DNA from: a virus
Taxonomy: Duplodnaviria > Caudoviricetes
Strand: one strand, 5' to 3'
DNA length: 46,102 nt
Virus record (IMG/VR): IMGVR_UViG_3300033475_000049
Location: 1 to 46,102 of that record
In this document: positions 36,369 to 45,720 of the stretch, one piece after another
Layout: the number at the start of each line of letters is the position of its first letter
Numbering within the stretch: the first letter of the stretch is position 1
The notes under the pieces: generated by a model
Databases searched by the model: none
The model's input: only the letters and a program-made list of their open reading frames with translations
Told to the model about the DNA's origin: nothing
Made by a program: the position numbers and the translations under genes

Positions 36369-39300
36369 TTATCTATTCCTTATCGATCCCTGGACTCGCA
36401 ATTCTTTCGCTTGATAATTTGCTGCTACTTTTCCGACTTGTTTTCCATCAATATTCATTGTTATGATCATTGGTTGTGTGTTTGTAAGACTACTCGAGCT
36501 ATTTGGTAGCGAAAGCGTCGTATTCGTTGATAGTTTTCCATTAAGAAACGCGTTAGCTATTGCACTATTTCCATTTGTGAATACATCATTGACTGAATTT
36601 GCTGCTACTTGTGCAGTTTTAGTAAGTTGCGGGATACCGTTTTGTATTCCTGTTGTGAAATTCTCTACGAGATGTTGTCCCCATTTATCATCACCATGTA
36701 ATGGTCCCTTTTTCGGTGTACTGTGCATAAGAAAATCTGCCGCGCTCTGAGCTAAACCTGAGACAGTCATTAACAAATCAGCAGCTCCTTTTTTGACGCC
36801 ATCTACTAATTTGCTAAAATTATTTTGAAAATCAGTAAGAGCATTACCTGTATGACTGAGAGAAAGATCAACGCCTTTTGTCATATCATCTGTTGATTTT
36901 TGAACTGTTTTGTTCGAATCTTGAATGTTATTTGACATTGTGGCAGTTGCTTTTGATAAATCTTGTTGTGTTTTATCTACACTTTTAGATAGATCTTGCA
37001 ACATCGATTGAGCTTTCTGAACAGCTTGATTCACACTATCAGTTATTGCAGCAGCAGCAACAGTGACTTGTTGAGAAACTTGTGTAATCATTGGACCAAT
37101 CGGTGTTACTGTTGCTTGAACTTGACTTTGCAACATTGCTAGCTGTTGCGTAATTTGTTGAGTAGTTTGTGTAACTTGTGTACCGAGCTGAGAAATGTCC
37201 GTATTAATTTGTGCTGATGCAGTCTTTATTTGACCAGATAATGTACTAAGTGTGTTATTAATCGTCGATGACTGAGATTGCAATTGTGTTGCCATCGTTC
37301 TGATTGATGTACTTATCTGTGTTGTTTGCTGTTGAACTTGCTGATTTAACTGCTGTATTTGTTGCGTTACTGTTGTGGCAAGCACGGTAACTGCATTTTT
37401 CATTGCAGGTTCACCTTGATTGATACCTTGAACAAACATATCAACCATATTAGGCATCCACTGATTTGACGTTGATAGAGGGCCCGTCTCAGCAGGCGAA
37501 TGGATGCCTAAAATACTCTTCACAGTGTTTGCGACATTTGTTGCCGCTGTTTTGACATCATTAATTCCATTTGTGATCCCGTCAGTGAACATTTTCATTA
37601 AATTTGTTGTCCATTGGCTGAAATTCTTGGAAAGTCCAGTGAACCATGTTCCAAACCATGTTGATACATTACCCATAATTTTCTGGATGCCAGTAAGAAG
37701 ACCATTCCAAATTTTTTGGCCATCAGTGATAATGTTTTGAAACCATGTTGTGACATTTTTATAAATTGTTTGAACACTTGCTAGCAGATCTGTTCCTAAT
37801 TTTGTAAAGAAATCAACAATTGCTTTTGTTAGATCGGGAATAATTGAGTGGCCAACAAGGTCGTCATATAATCCTTGAAAAAGAGCTATGACACCATCAA
37901 TCATTGCTGAAACAATGGCTTTGAGTGTTTCCCATGCTCCACTGAAGTATGTAACAATTCCATCCCAGATACCCTTAAACATATCTTGGATATCTATCCA
38001 GGCTTGAGACCAGTTTCCACTCATGAGATCTAAGCCTACTTTTATAAGACCTGCGACAATTGCCCAGGCAATTTTGACAATTCCGACGACTTCATCCCAG
38101 ACGCCCTGCAAAATTGGTGCAATATGTGGCCATATTTCTTGCCATACTTTTGCAAAATCATTAATATTGCTAATCCACTGCATAATAATTGGTACAACAC
38201 GCTGAACAATCGCAGTTACAAATTCGCCAATTGCTTTTATCGCATCATTTAGATACGGCGTTAAGAATTTAATTGCACTGCCTAATCCATTTGCGATGTA
38301 CCCTGCTAGTTGAATGACAAGCGGTACTACTTTCTCAAATACAGGGAGAAGTGCAGTAAACGCTGCTTGGAATGTATTTTTAACAACTCCACCAATAGTT
38401 ACTAAGACAGGCATTAGCCCACCGATTGCCTGAATCAAATTTTTGAAGCCTGGCTCAGCTTGTTTTAGCGCAGGAACAACACTTGTTTGGAACCATCTTC
38501 CTAACTCTTGTGCATGAGTTGAAAGTGCCTGGAATATGTTTACTGCAGGACTGACATTCATCATCATTGGAATTATTTGACTTAATGCCGGCTTAACGTT
38601 AGAAAGAAATGATTTTCCGATGTCTTGCGCTACTTTTGCAATTTGCGATATTTGATCTATCACAGGCTTTATATTAGTGCCAATTTGACTTCCAAGTTGT
38701 TGTGCTGACTTTATGATCGAAGTAAAATCTATGTTTTTCAAGTATTGCGTGAATTTATTTACGGTGTTGCTCACGTTAAATAACACAGAGCTTAGTTTAT
38801 TCAAACCGTTAGATATAAATGATGTAACTGATGATCCTGTTACGTGTATTGAACCTACAATTCTATTGAAAATATCAATTCCAATGCCACCTATGACACT
38901 GAATAGAGCACTAAAATTATTTTTTAAATCAGCAATGTTTACAGCAACAACTGAAATTGGTCCCTTCAGATTAGAAAGAACATCAGCAATAGCTTTTATG
39001 CCAGAATCAATTAATATAGATATACTATTTCTTAGAGTAGTTAAGGCAGGTGAGAGTGATGCTGCACTCGATTTTACTTCATTAAATGGAGCTGTCATTT
39101 TGTGAACAGCATTTGTTAATTGATTCCATTGATATGTTATTGCACTTAGATCAAATAGCGAGAAGTATCTCACAACGGATGAAATAGCAGTACTAACAGT
39201 TTTAAACGCGTTACTTATTATAGATATTGCACCATTGAGAGCATTTGATTGTGTAATCCATTTTGTGAAAGCAGTAATAACTGGTGTAATTGCGCCTACA

Positions 39301-40379
39301 ACTGAACCTACCATAGGTAACAATTTTTGTCCAAGACTAATCATGAAAGCGCTCAGAGCTTCTTTTGCTTGATCAATCTTGAAATTGAAGTTATCTTGGA
39401 CGAGATTCCAGTCTTGAATATCACTTCCACCTTTTTTCATTGCTGCCGAAATGTTTGTGATATTCTTTTCATATGTTGCCATATTTTTGCCGCCCAGCAT
39501 AAGAGCGACATTATAACCAGTAGCACCTCCCATGATATCTTTGAATGCTGTTACCGCTTCCACAGAACCAGCAGGGAATTTTTTGCCAACGTGATCTTCA
39601 ATGAGTTGAATTGCCGCTGCAAGACCTTTATTAGACAGTGTATCTTTCAGATCTTGAGCTTTCAAATCAACTGAATTCATTGCGTCCATTGCAACATTGC
39701 TAGGTGCAGAGAGAGATCTCATTGCATTTGCTAAATTTTGTGATGCTCTTTGTGCATTCATACCAGAGTTCGTCATTGTAGAAAGAGCGCCGGCAACTTG
39801 TGCAAATGGAATATTAAGAGAAGAAGCAAGAGGAAGAACACTACCCATCGCCGATGATAATGCTTCAAGATTTGTTTTACCTGAAGATACGGCGGTGATC
39901 AGACCATTCATTGCATTTGATGCTTGATTAGAACTCATTCCGTAGTCATGCATCACTGTTGTCAACGCATCTGAAACAGTTCCAAGACTTGCTTGTTCTG
40001 CTTTCGCTCCTTCAGCAGCAGCTTTTAAGACATTGAGTCCATCTGCCCCATGGAAGCCAGCACTTTCAATAAGATACATACCATCACTCAACTCTTTTGT
40101 TGAAGTGGCAGTATCAACAGATAATTGCAGAATACCATCGCCAACTGCTTTGATGTTTGATTCTGTCTCACCTGCTGTTGTGACAAGACGCGTCATTCCA
40201 ACTTGAAAATCGCCAGCAGCTTTTGTTGCAGCAACTCCAATTCCTACTAGGGCAGCACCAGCTGCGAGCCCTGCAGTGACGATACCGCCAAGATGGCCGC
40301 CAGCGAATTTTGATAATATACTGCTTGCATTATCTTGTGCATCGATTAGAATATGTAGTGCAGCATCACCCGCAGCCAT
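36369..40379 (-). CDS. tape measure protein (TP901-type)
   Basis: 1336 aa; I.A.D.AS start, GM..IESAG, GKT.L..LS, W/F-periodic amphipathic repeats, GIHSP. Confidence 0.93.
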   Translation of the reverse strand: MAAGDAALHILIDAQDNASSILSKFAGGHLGGIVTAGLAAGAALVGIGVAATKAAGDFQVGMTRLVTTAGETESNIKAVGDGILQLSVDTATSTKELSDGMYLIESAGFHGADGLNVLKAAAEGAKAEQASLGTVSDALTTVMHDYGMSSNQASNAMNGLITAVSSGKTNLEALSSAMGSVLPLASSLNIPFAQVAGALSTMTNSGMNAQRASQNLANAMRSLSAPSNVAMDAMNSVDLKAQDLKDTLSNKGLAAAIQLIEDHVGKKFPAGSVEAVTAFKDIMGGATGYNVALMLGGKNMATYEKNITNISAAMKKGGSDIQDWNLVQDNFNFKIDQAKEALSAFMISLGQKLLPMVGSVVGAITPVITAFTKWITQSNALNGAISIISNAFKTVSTAISSVVRYFSLFDLSAITYQWNQLTNAVHKMTAPFNEVKSSAASLSPALTTLRNSISILIDSGIKAIADVLSNLKGPISVVAVNIADLKNNFSALFSVIGGIGIDIFNRIVGSIHVTGSSVTSFISNGLNKLSSVLFNVSNTVNKFTQYLKNIDFTSIIKSAQQLGSQIGTNIKPVIDQISQIAKVAQDIGKSFLSNVKPALSQIIPMMMNVSPAVNIFQALSTHAQELGRWFQTSVVPALKQAEPGFKNLIQAIGGLMPVLVTIGGVVKNTFQAAFTALLPVFEKVVPLVIQLAGYIANGLGSAIKFLTPYLNDAIKAIGEFVTAIVQRVVPIIMQWISNINDFAKVWQEIWPHIAPILQGVWDEVVGIVKIAWAIVAGLIKVGLDLMSGNWSQAWIDIQDMFKGIWDGIVTYFSGAWETLKAIVSAMIDGVIALFQGLYDDLVGHSIIPDLTKAIVDFFTKLGTDLLASVQTIYKNVTTWFQNIITDGQKIWNGLLTGIQKIMGNVSTWFGTWFTGLSKNFSQWTTNLMKMFTDGITNGINDVKTAATNVANTVKSILGIHSPAETGPLSTSNQWMPNMVDMFVQGINQGEPAMKNAVTVLATTVTQQIQQLNQQVQQQTTQISTSIRTMATQLQSQSSTINNTLSTLSGQIKTASAQINTDISQLGTQVTQTTQQITQQLAMLQSQVQATVTPIGPMITQVSQQVTVAAAAITDSVNQAVQKAQSMLQDLSKSVDKTQQDLSKATATMSNNIQDSNKTVQKSTDDMTKGVDLSLSHTGNALTDFQNNFSKLVDGVKKGAADLLMTVSGLAQSAADFLMHSTPKKGPLHGDDKWGQHLVENFTTGIQNGIPQLTKTAQVAANSVNDVFTNGNSAIANAFLNGKLSTNTTLSLPNSSSSLTNTQPMIITMNIDGKQVGKVAANYQAKELRVQGSIRNR

Positions 40380-40382
40380 AAT

Positions 40383-40625
40383 TTATCTTTCATACTGAAG
40401 ACGTTGTTTTTCGTACATATCTTCTTGTTTTTTATAAATTTTGTCTTGAGCAGATTTTTTTGCTATAAGAACAAGACGCTGTTCAATTACTTCGTTTGCC
40501 GGTGCTTGATTATATCCCCAATATCCTCCAAAAATTGGATAAAGTTCAGATTTTATAATAGATTCAGGAGCTGATTCTCCTTCGGCGAGCTCTCCAAGAA
40601 AGGCTCTTTCACAGAGTCGAAAAAA
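40383..40625 (-). CDS. -1 frameshift extension of tail assembly chaperone (gpGT-like)
   Basis: T TTT TTC slippery site at 40619-40625; -1 frame open for 78 codons to TAA at 40383-40385. Confidence 0.8.
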   Translation of the reverse strand, partial: FFRLCERAFLGELAEGESAPESIIKSELYPIFGGYWGYNQAPANEVIEQRLVLIAKKSAQDKIYKKQEDMYEKQRLQYER

Positions 40626-41005
40626 TCTTCTTGCTCATCTTCTGTTAATGTTGACGCCAATTCATCACACTTTTCTAGTAATGGTGTTGTGTAATTATGT
40701 GGCAAACGTTTAATAGAGGCAGGTGTGACAGGAATTTTTTGTCCATTTCTTGTAAATGTCCAATCAATAATCATACGTTCAAGTAATTTTGTTCGAGCAC
40801 TTCCTGCTTGATAGGAAATTTTTCCGTCTTTATTTGATGTAACAGCGGCGTTACTTACTGATTCCATATCACCTGCTGTGTATGTACCGCGAATAATTGC
40901 TTGTTCATGAGCATCCCAACCCCACTTGCTTCGAAATTGATCTGCAACAATAGGATCAGAAGGATCAGGTATGTAAATGTTATTAGAATCATCAAATGCA
41001 GCCAT
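40553..41005 (-). CDS. tail assembly chaperone (gpG-like)
   Basis: between tail tube and TMP; I.DW.F....IPVT...IK.LP pattern. Confidence 0.85.
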   Translation of the reverse strand: MAAFDDSNNIYIPDPSDPIVADQFRSKWGWDAHEQAIIRGTYTAGDMESVSNAAVTSNKDGKISYQAGSARTKLLERMIIDWTFTRNGQKIPVTPASIKRLPHNYTTPLLEKCDELASTLTEDEQEDFFDSVKEPFLESSPKENQLLNLL

Positions 41006-41019
41006 TAAAATTCTCCTTT

Positions 41020-42621
41020 TTATGATGCGTATGTCGGTGGCATTCTTGTGATAACAACAAGTTTATAAGAACCACCAATTCCTTGATCGTATTCACATCT
41101 CCACATTGCTTTTGCTGTGACAGTTCCTTTTGATGGATCAGATGTTGGTTCAAAATCACCATCAGAACGGACTGGAAGTACCCATGTCCAACTCTCATAG
41201 AAAGCATTGCCAGCAGCCGTTCCGAGGTATTGCCCTAAGAATTGAAAGCTTAAGTATTGTTTTAAATTCTGTCTGAACTGCTCCCACTGATACATATCAT
41301 TGAAGAGTAATGTGCAGTCTGCAGTCGCTTCTCTTTTTCCTGCATATACTCTATTGAAATTTTGTGAATTTGTGAATGTATATGAATCTTCATCTGGAAC
41401 TTTTAATGAAACTTTTAGTTCCTGCATATCACCATATTGTGTTGTCAATGGTGATCCTGTAATTGGATCCATGTACACTGCAGTTTGCCATCCAACCATA
41501 GGAAGATCAGACAAATTTGTTCCTAGTGATGAAATTCTGTTAATACCAGAAAGAGGAGATGTTGTTCGATCACCAATTGGAAGTTTGTCTTGCGCTTTTC
41601 CTTTAATTGTGATCGTGGCTTCTGTTGCAACTTTGATATCAAAGTCGCCTTCAGTTGCAAACGAGAATGGATGTGTCCATGAACCTGTGCCATCAAACCA
41701 CTCGATTGCAGCGCTGTATTTATTGCCACTAGAAAGAAATGATAGCTGCCACCCATAAACGCCGGTAATTGCCATTGTTCCAACAACACCAGTATTCGAA
41801 ACAGAAGCTACACTACTATAGACATTACTTGAATAGTATGTTCCATTTGCTGAAACGATTATTGTTTCGTTTACAGCTTGACCATATGATGTGCCATTAA
41901 TAGTTATCGATCCTGGCGTTGTAAATGCTGTGATTGCAATGATTAACTTCATTCCTGGCGCAGTTGGCTGTGTTGTGAGTGTTTGTGTTTCGCTCAATGC
42001 TGTTGCTGCGAATAATGATACTGGAGATGCTGGAACAGTCGTAACACTCGTAGGCGCGCCCATCATCATGTACGGCCACCAGAGAGAAAGATCACCATAC
42101 ACATCTTGTTTGACTTCATCAATTGATGTTTCATTTGTCAACTGAAGAATTTTCTTATCACGTTCGATTAAGCTGTTATGCTCATTTGGTGAGTATGTTT
42201 TTGGCGTTCTTTTTGACTTCATAGTCGAAGGCAACTGAAATTTACCAGATTGAATGCCATAAACAGTAATGAGCGCATTAGTAAGGCCTGTTGTTGTGAT
42301 GTTTGTCACTACAGTATACGCACTCGTCGAAACGTATTCAAACGATGCCATTTGTGCAGATTGAACCTGTTGAACTGTCTGAGAAGCAACATTTACTGTT
42401 TCAGTATTATTCGGATTACCAGTTCCGTTGATTGTCAACGTTCCTGAAGTTCCCCAGTTAATAATTTTGATATGCAGACGTGTCCCAGCAAGACTGGCTG
42501 GGACAGTAATACCAGTCATTGTTGGACTAACAGCAGTCGTAGCAAGTAACAGTTGCTCGCCATTTGTTGCTTCAAGAGCAATATTAATTACTCCTTTTGC
42601 AGCTGTGGCTGTAATTGGCAT
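41020..42621 (-). CDS. major tail tube protein with inserted accessory domains
   Basis: 533 aa upstream of chaperone/TMP; internal duplication P...G.KL.I.I..F.T.GS.TINGT. Confidence 0.75.
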   Translation of the reverse strand: MPITATAAKGVINIALEATNGEQLLLATTAVSPTMTGITVPASLAGTRLHIKIINWGTSGTLTINGTGNPNNTETVNVASQTVQQVQSAQMASFEYVSTSAYTVVTNITTTGLTNALITVYGIQSGKFQLPSTMKSKRTPKTYSPNEHNSLIERDKKILQLTNETSIDEVKQDVYGDLSLWWPYMMMGAPTSVTTVPASPVSLFAATALSETQTLTTQPTAPGMKLIIAITAFTTPGSITINGTSYGQAVNETIIVSANGTYYSSNVYSSVASVSNTGVVGTMAITGVYGWQLSFLSSGNKYSAAIEWFDGTGSWTHPFSFATEGDFDIKVATEATITIKGKAQDKLPIGDRTTSPLSGINRISSLGTNLSDLPMVGWQTAVYMDPITGSPLTTQYGDMQELKVSLKVPDEDSYTFTNSQNFNRVYAGKREATADCTLLFNDMYQWEQFRQNLKQYLSFQFLGQYLGTAAGNAFYESWTWVLPVRSDGDFEPTSDPSKGTVTAKAMWRCEYDQGIGGSYKLVVITRMPPTYAS

Positions 42622-42626
42622 TGTGA

Positions 42627-42839
42627 TTATTTCTCCTTCTTGGGTACCAGCAGCACTTTCACTTCCTGCGAATTAAGCTCTGGCTGCACTATTGAATCAT
42701 CTAAAAGAGACGTTTTTATTATTTTTGAACGGTCTTGATCGACAATAACTCGCTGACCTGCATGAAATTGACCAGGTATACCAGGAATGCATCCAGATTC
42801 GAAAAATGTATATACTGTCTTATTCATAGTTTTCTCCAA
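42627..42839 (-). CDS. small hypothetical virion-module protein
   Basis: 70 aa between terminator-like and tube genes. Confidence 0.55.
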   Translation of the reverse strand: MEKTMNKTVYTFFESGCIPGIPGQFHAGQRVIVDQDRSKIIKTSLLDDSIVQPELNSQEVKVLLVPKKEK

Positions 42840-43322
42840 TTACGAGATCACACCAGGAGGAACAGGTACATTCCATTCTTGTCTTGTGAGTATCTGAACA
42901 CGATAACCACGTAGCCATTGCTGGTTCCTGATTACGTCGATATATGCTCCAGTTCCTGGTTTGATTTGCGAATGATATACAGTGCCGGCGTTTCCCAACG
43001 TTGCATGCGCTTGAAAAGGAACAACAATTGCATCTCTAATGGCATAAATTTGTTGTGCGTACTCGACTTTATCTTTACTGACAAGTGCCATGAGAAGAAA
43101 CGATTGCTGATCCGTGATCTTACCTCCAAAAGCAAGGTGCTGACTATCGTCTGATGTACCATAAATTTCTAAGCAAGCACTTCCTTTTGAGACGTAATTT
43201 GTTACATCTTTGATTTCTTCGACTTGAACCAATGAGAATTGCTGATTATTGCCCCAAATGATATTTTGCATATAACCTTGAATTGCCGACATAATTGCCG
43301 GTGTATTTGGTGTATTACTCAT
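42840..43322 (-). CDS. putative tail terminator
   Basis: size and synteny. Confidence 0.6.
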   Translation of the reverse strand: MSNTPNTPAIMSAIQGYMQNIIWGNNQQFSLVQVEEIKDVTNYVSKGSACLEIYGTSDDSQHLAFGGKITDQQSFLLMALVSKDKVEYAQQIYAIRDAIVVPFQAHATLGNAGTVYHSQIKPGTGAYIDVIRNQQWLRGYRVQILTRQEWNVPVPPGVIS

Positions 43323-43738
43323 ATACGTATTCCCATTAGTGCAAATGCATCAGTTACAGCATTCATCATTTCTTGCATTGCTAAATCAGAATTTTCATCT
43401 AAAGCTGGCGTTAAATATGGTTCTGCAGGATTGTTATATGTTCTACCAAGTGAATCAGTTCCGTTAAATCCAAGTTCTAATCTTCGTGCATATGGACTAT
43501 CAGAGCCAATTTCAATTGATAGCGACGAAGTTCTAATAATTTCTATCGTACTTGCAAGTAATCCTGTTGGATTTTGAAATGCTGACCACGTGTTTGTTAC
43601 TGCTGCATTTGATATAATTTCAGCAATAGCTTGCAATTTTTCTGAGAGCATAGGGTCAAGAAACGTTTGAAATCTTGCAAGATCTTTCACAAACGAAATC
43701 GATGATTGATCAAGTGAAACAGATACAAATTCACCCAT
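43319..43738 (-). CDS. HK97 gp10-like tail completion protein
   Basis: TG.L..TI, SPYARRLELG, PYLTPA. Confidence 0.75.
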   Translation of the reverse strand: MGEFVSVSLDQSSISFVKDLARFQTFLDPMLSEKLQAIAEIISNAAVTNTWSAFQNPTGLLASTIEIIRTSSLSIEIGSDSPYARRLELGFNGTDSLGRTYNNPAEPYLTPALDENSDLAMQEMMNAVTDAFALMGIRI

Positions 43739-43741
43739 GAA

Positions 43742-44062
43742 TTATGTTCCCCTTATTCGTGTACAAACGAATTGCCAATGACCATCCATAATATGCATTT
43801 CAGGATCATTTACAATAAGATATCTTCTAGGTTGACCGGTAAGAGCATCTGTTATAAATTGATCAATGATATAGTCTCTATACTGTATAAGTTGTGAGTC
43901 ATTTGTTGGCAACATGACAGTATACGCATTATATGTAAAGTGTGGATCACTTCCTTGATATGATGCCGCCTCTGAAGAACTGATCTTATCAATCTGAATC
44001 AGAACATTTTCTACGATGACATCATCATCTCTTTTAAATTGTGCATATATATCTTCACTCAT
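43742..44062 (-). CDS. putative head closure (stopper) protein
   Basis: 106 aa beta-rich, synteny. Confidence 0.55.
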   Translation of the reverse strand: MSEDIYAQFKRDDDVIVENVLIQIDKISSSEAASYQGSDPHFTYNAYTVMLPTNDSQLIQYRDYIIDQFITDALTGQPRRYLIVNDPEMHIMDGHWQFVCTRIRGT

Positions 44063-44964
44063 TAGAATGCCTGCATCATATAATTATCAAGAATCTTTTT
44101 TGCTCGTTTTGAAAGTAAACTGTCTCCTGAATTATCACCTCTCACTGCTGCGCTAATATGTCTACCGCCACTTGATAAATCTGGAGCCCCAATAGGATTT
44201 TGTCGTTTTGCAAGAACATCACTTGCTAATAAGATTGCCGCTTCTGTAACATCATTTGGTATAGTAGGAAAACCAGCTGTATAGGTAATCACAACTTGAG
44301 CTTTTCTGTTTCTGCTAGGGACATTCCAAATAGGATATGGACTTTGCCCTGATCCAGCAACAGGAAGAGCAAGCATATTTGGCATGCTGCAGACTTGACG
44401 ATCCGAATCGATAATCACTTGAGCAGGGTCAAATGCAATTGAATCACCAGCTGTAACATTTATCGCAACATTTGTAATACTTTGTACAGGCCAATGTCTA
44501 GGTCTGAAAAACAAATCATAATTTTCATCAATCGACGCTCTCATCGTTGGCAGCGATAGTTTTTCATTAACGTATGTTGTGTTATACAATGATTGCCTGC
44601 AGATCGTTTCTAACAATTGACCCGATGAGAATATTGCATCTGCGAGGCTACCAACAATACCATCACCGCATACCGGTGTTCCAACAAAATGAGAGAATTG
44701 TAAATCACTACATTGAACTGTTTGAGAACCAGCTGTTGCAGCGGACGTAATCGTGATTATTTCTGAATTTGGCCCATCGAATATTGCTAGACGCCCATAT
44801 TCCGCAATATCAGCAGTAAGACCAGGTGCAAGTATATTCAATGTCTGAGCTCCCGAAACAGCACCAGAGCCGCCGATTCGAACTTGATTCGAAATGAGCG
44901 TTGTAAACTCTAGTCCAGTAGGAGCTCTTACAAAGTCATAACATGATATATACGTGCTTGCCAT
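44062..44964 (-). CDS. head-tail adaptor protein
   Basis: PV.SIT, ITYTAGF..IP.DV.EA.ILLA, AK.IL..Y. Confidence 0.72.
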   Translation of the reverse strand: MASTYISCYDFVRAPTGLEFTTLISNQVRIGGSGAVSGAQTLNILAPGLTADIAEYGRLAIFDGPNSEIITITSAATAGSQTVQCSDLQFSHFVGTPVCGDGIVGSLADAIFSSGQLLETICRQSLYNTTYVNEKLSLPTMRASIDENYDLFFRPRHWPVQSITNVAINVTAGDSIAFDPAQVIIDSDRQVCSMPNMLALPVAGSGQSPYPIWNVPSRNRKAQVVITYTAGFPTIPNDVTEAAILLASDVLAKRQNPIGAPDLSSGGRHISAAVRGDNSGDSLLSKRAKKILDNYMMQAF

Positions 44965-44972
44965 ATCTGCCT

Positions 44973-45224
44973 CTATGGTTTATAAGTAATCGTTTGATCG
45001 GTTGTTGTATTTAGATCAATTTGACGAAATTGATTTGTATGGACAGGCATGAAATTGCCATAATAACTGTATCCACCTACATAACCAGGATTTGCAAGTG
45101 TCTGATATCCAGGAACTGGAATATAGTTATATCCAGAAGCTGTAATTCCATGATTTTGCGGCATATTTGCAGGGTTAACTGGATCTCCAGGATTTCTTAC
45201 CACTGCATCCATTTCATGATCCAT
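44973..45224 (-). CDS. hypothetical protein (start MDHEMD)
   Basis: AGGAG RBS before ATG at 45222-45224; the longer track ORF overlaps the upstream gene. Confidence 0.65.
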   Translation of the reverse strand: MDHEMDAVVRNPGDPVNPANMPQNHGITASGYNYIPVPGYQTLANPGYVGGYSYYGNFMPVHTNQFRQIDLNTTTDQTITYKP

Positions 45225-45234
45225 TTGAATTCTC

Positions 45235-45480
45235 CTAATCAAGAGGAATAGAAAGCTTTTCTGTTGAAACAGGATACGATTTTGAGTAATTACTTTCCAT
45301 TGAGACAGACATCTTTTTGGGAGTGTTCGAATTTTGACCTGCAATTGCAGTAGAATCAACTGTAGCACCATTCATTGCACTGCTGGGTAAGCCACAGGCA
45401 TTAGATGGGATGTTTTTCGCATTTAAAGGCGTAGAAAATGGTCGATCAGAGCCACCTTTTGCAACACTTGGATTATCCAT
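45235..45480 (-). CDS. hypothetical low-complexity protein
   Basis: 81 aa with GAGG RBS. Confidence 0.65.
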   Translation of the reverse strand: MDNPSVAKGGSDRPFSTPLNAKNIPSNACGLPSSAMNGATVDSTAIAGQNSNTPKKMSVSMESNYSKSYPVSTEKLSIPLD

Positions 45481-45494
45481 ATATTTAACCTCTT

Positions 45495-45580
45495 TGATGC
45501 CCAGGTCATATTCCCTGGGGGATGTATATTTATATGACTAAAGTTGTTTTATGTCACCCACTGTCCTCTGGGTGATGATA
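45495..45580. repeat. dispersed palindromic element, copy 5
   Basis: core GATGTATATTTATAT at 45521-45535; right arm CTGTCCTCTGGGTGATGATAA. Confidence 0.6.
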
Positions 45581-45651
45581 ATTTTAACTTTGAGCGTTAT
45601 AAGAGACTTAACTTTTGATTTTGAGTAAGCTATCTGCAATTTGAAGACAAT

Positions 45652-45693
45652 AAAAAACGGACTCTACTACATCGTGTGATATAATAGAGTCCG
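45652..45693 (-). terminator. intrinsic terminator
   Basis: CGGACTCTA/TAGAGTCCG hairpin plus T6 on minus strand. Confidence 0.75.
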
Positions 45694-45720
45694 CTTAGTT
45701 TGTTAGTTTTGCGGGATTAG

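Noticed and set aside
44973-45371. 132-aa version of this ORF
   Set aside because: Overlaps 45235-45480; a strong RBS supports the start at 45224
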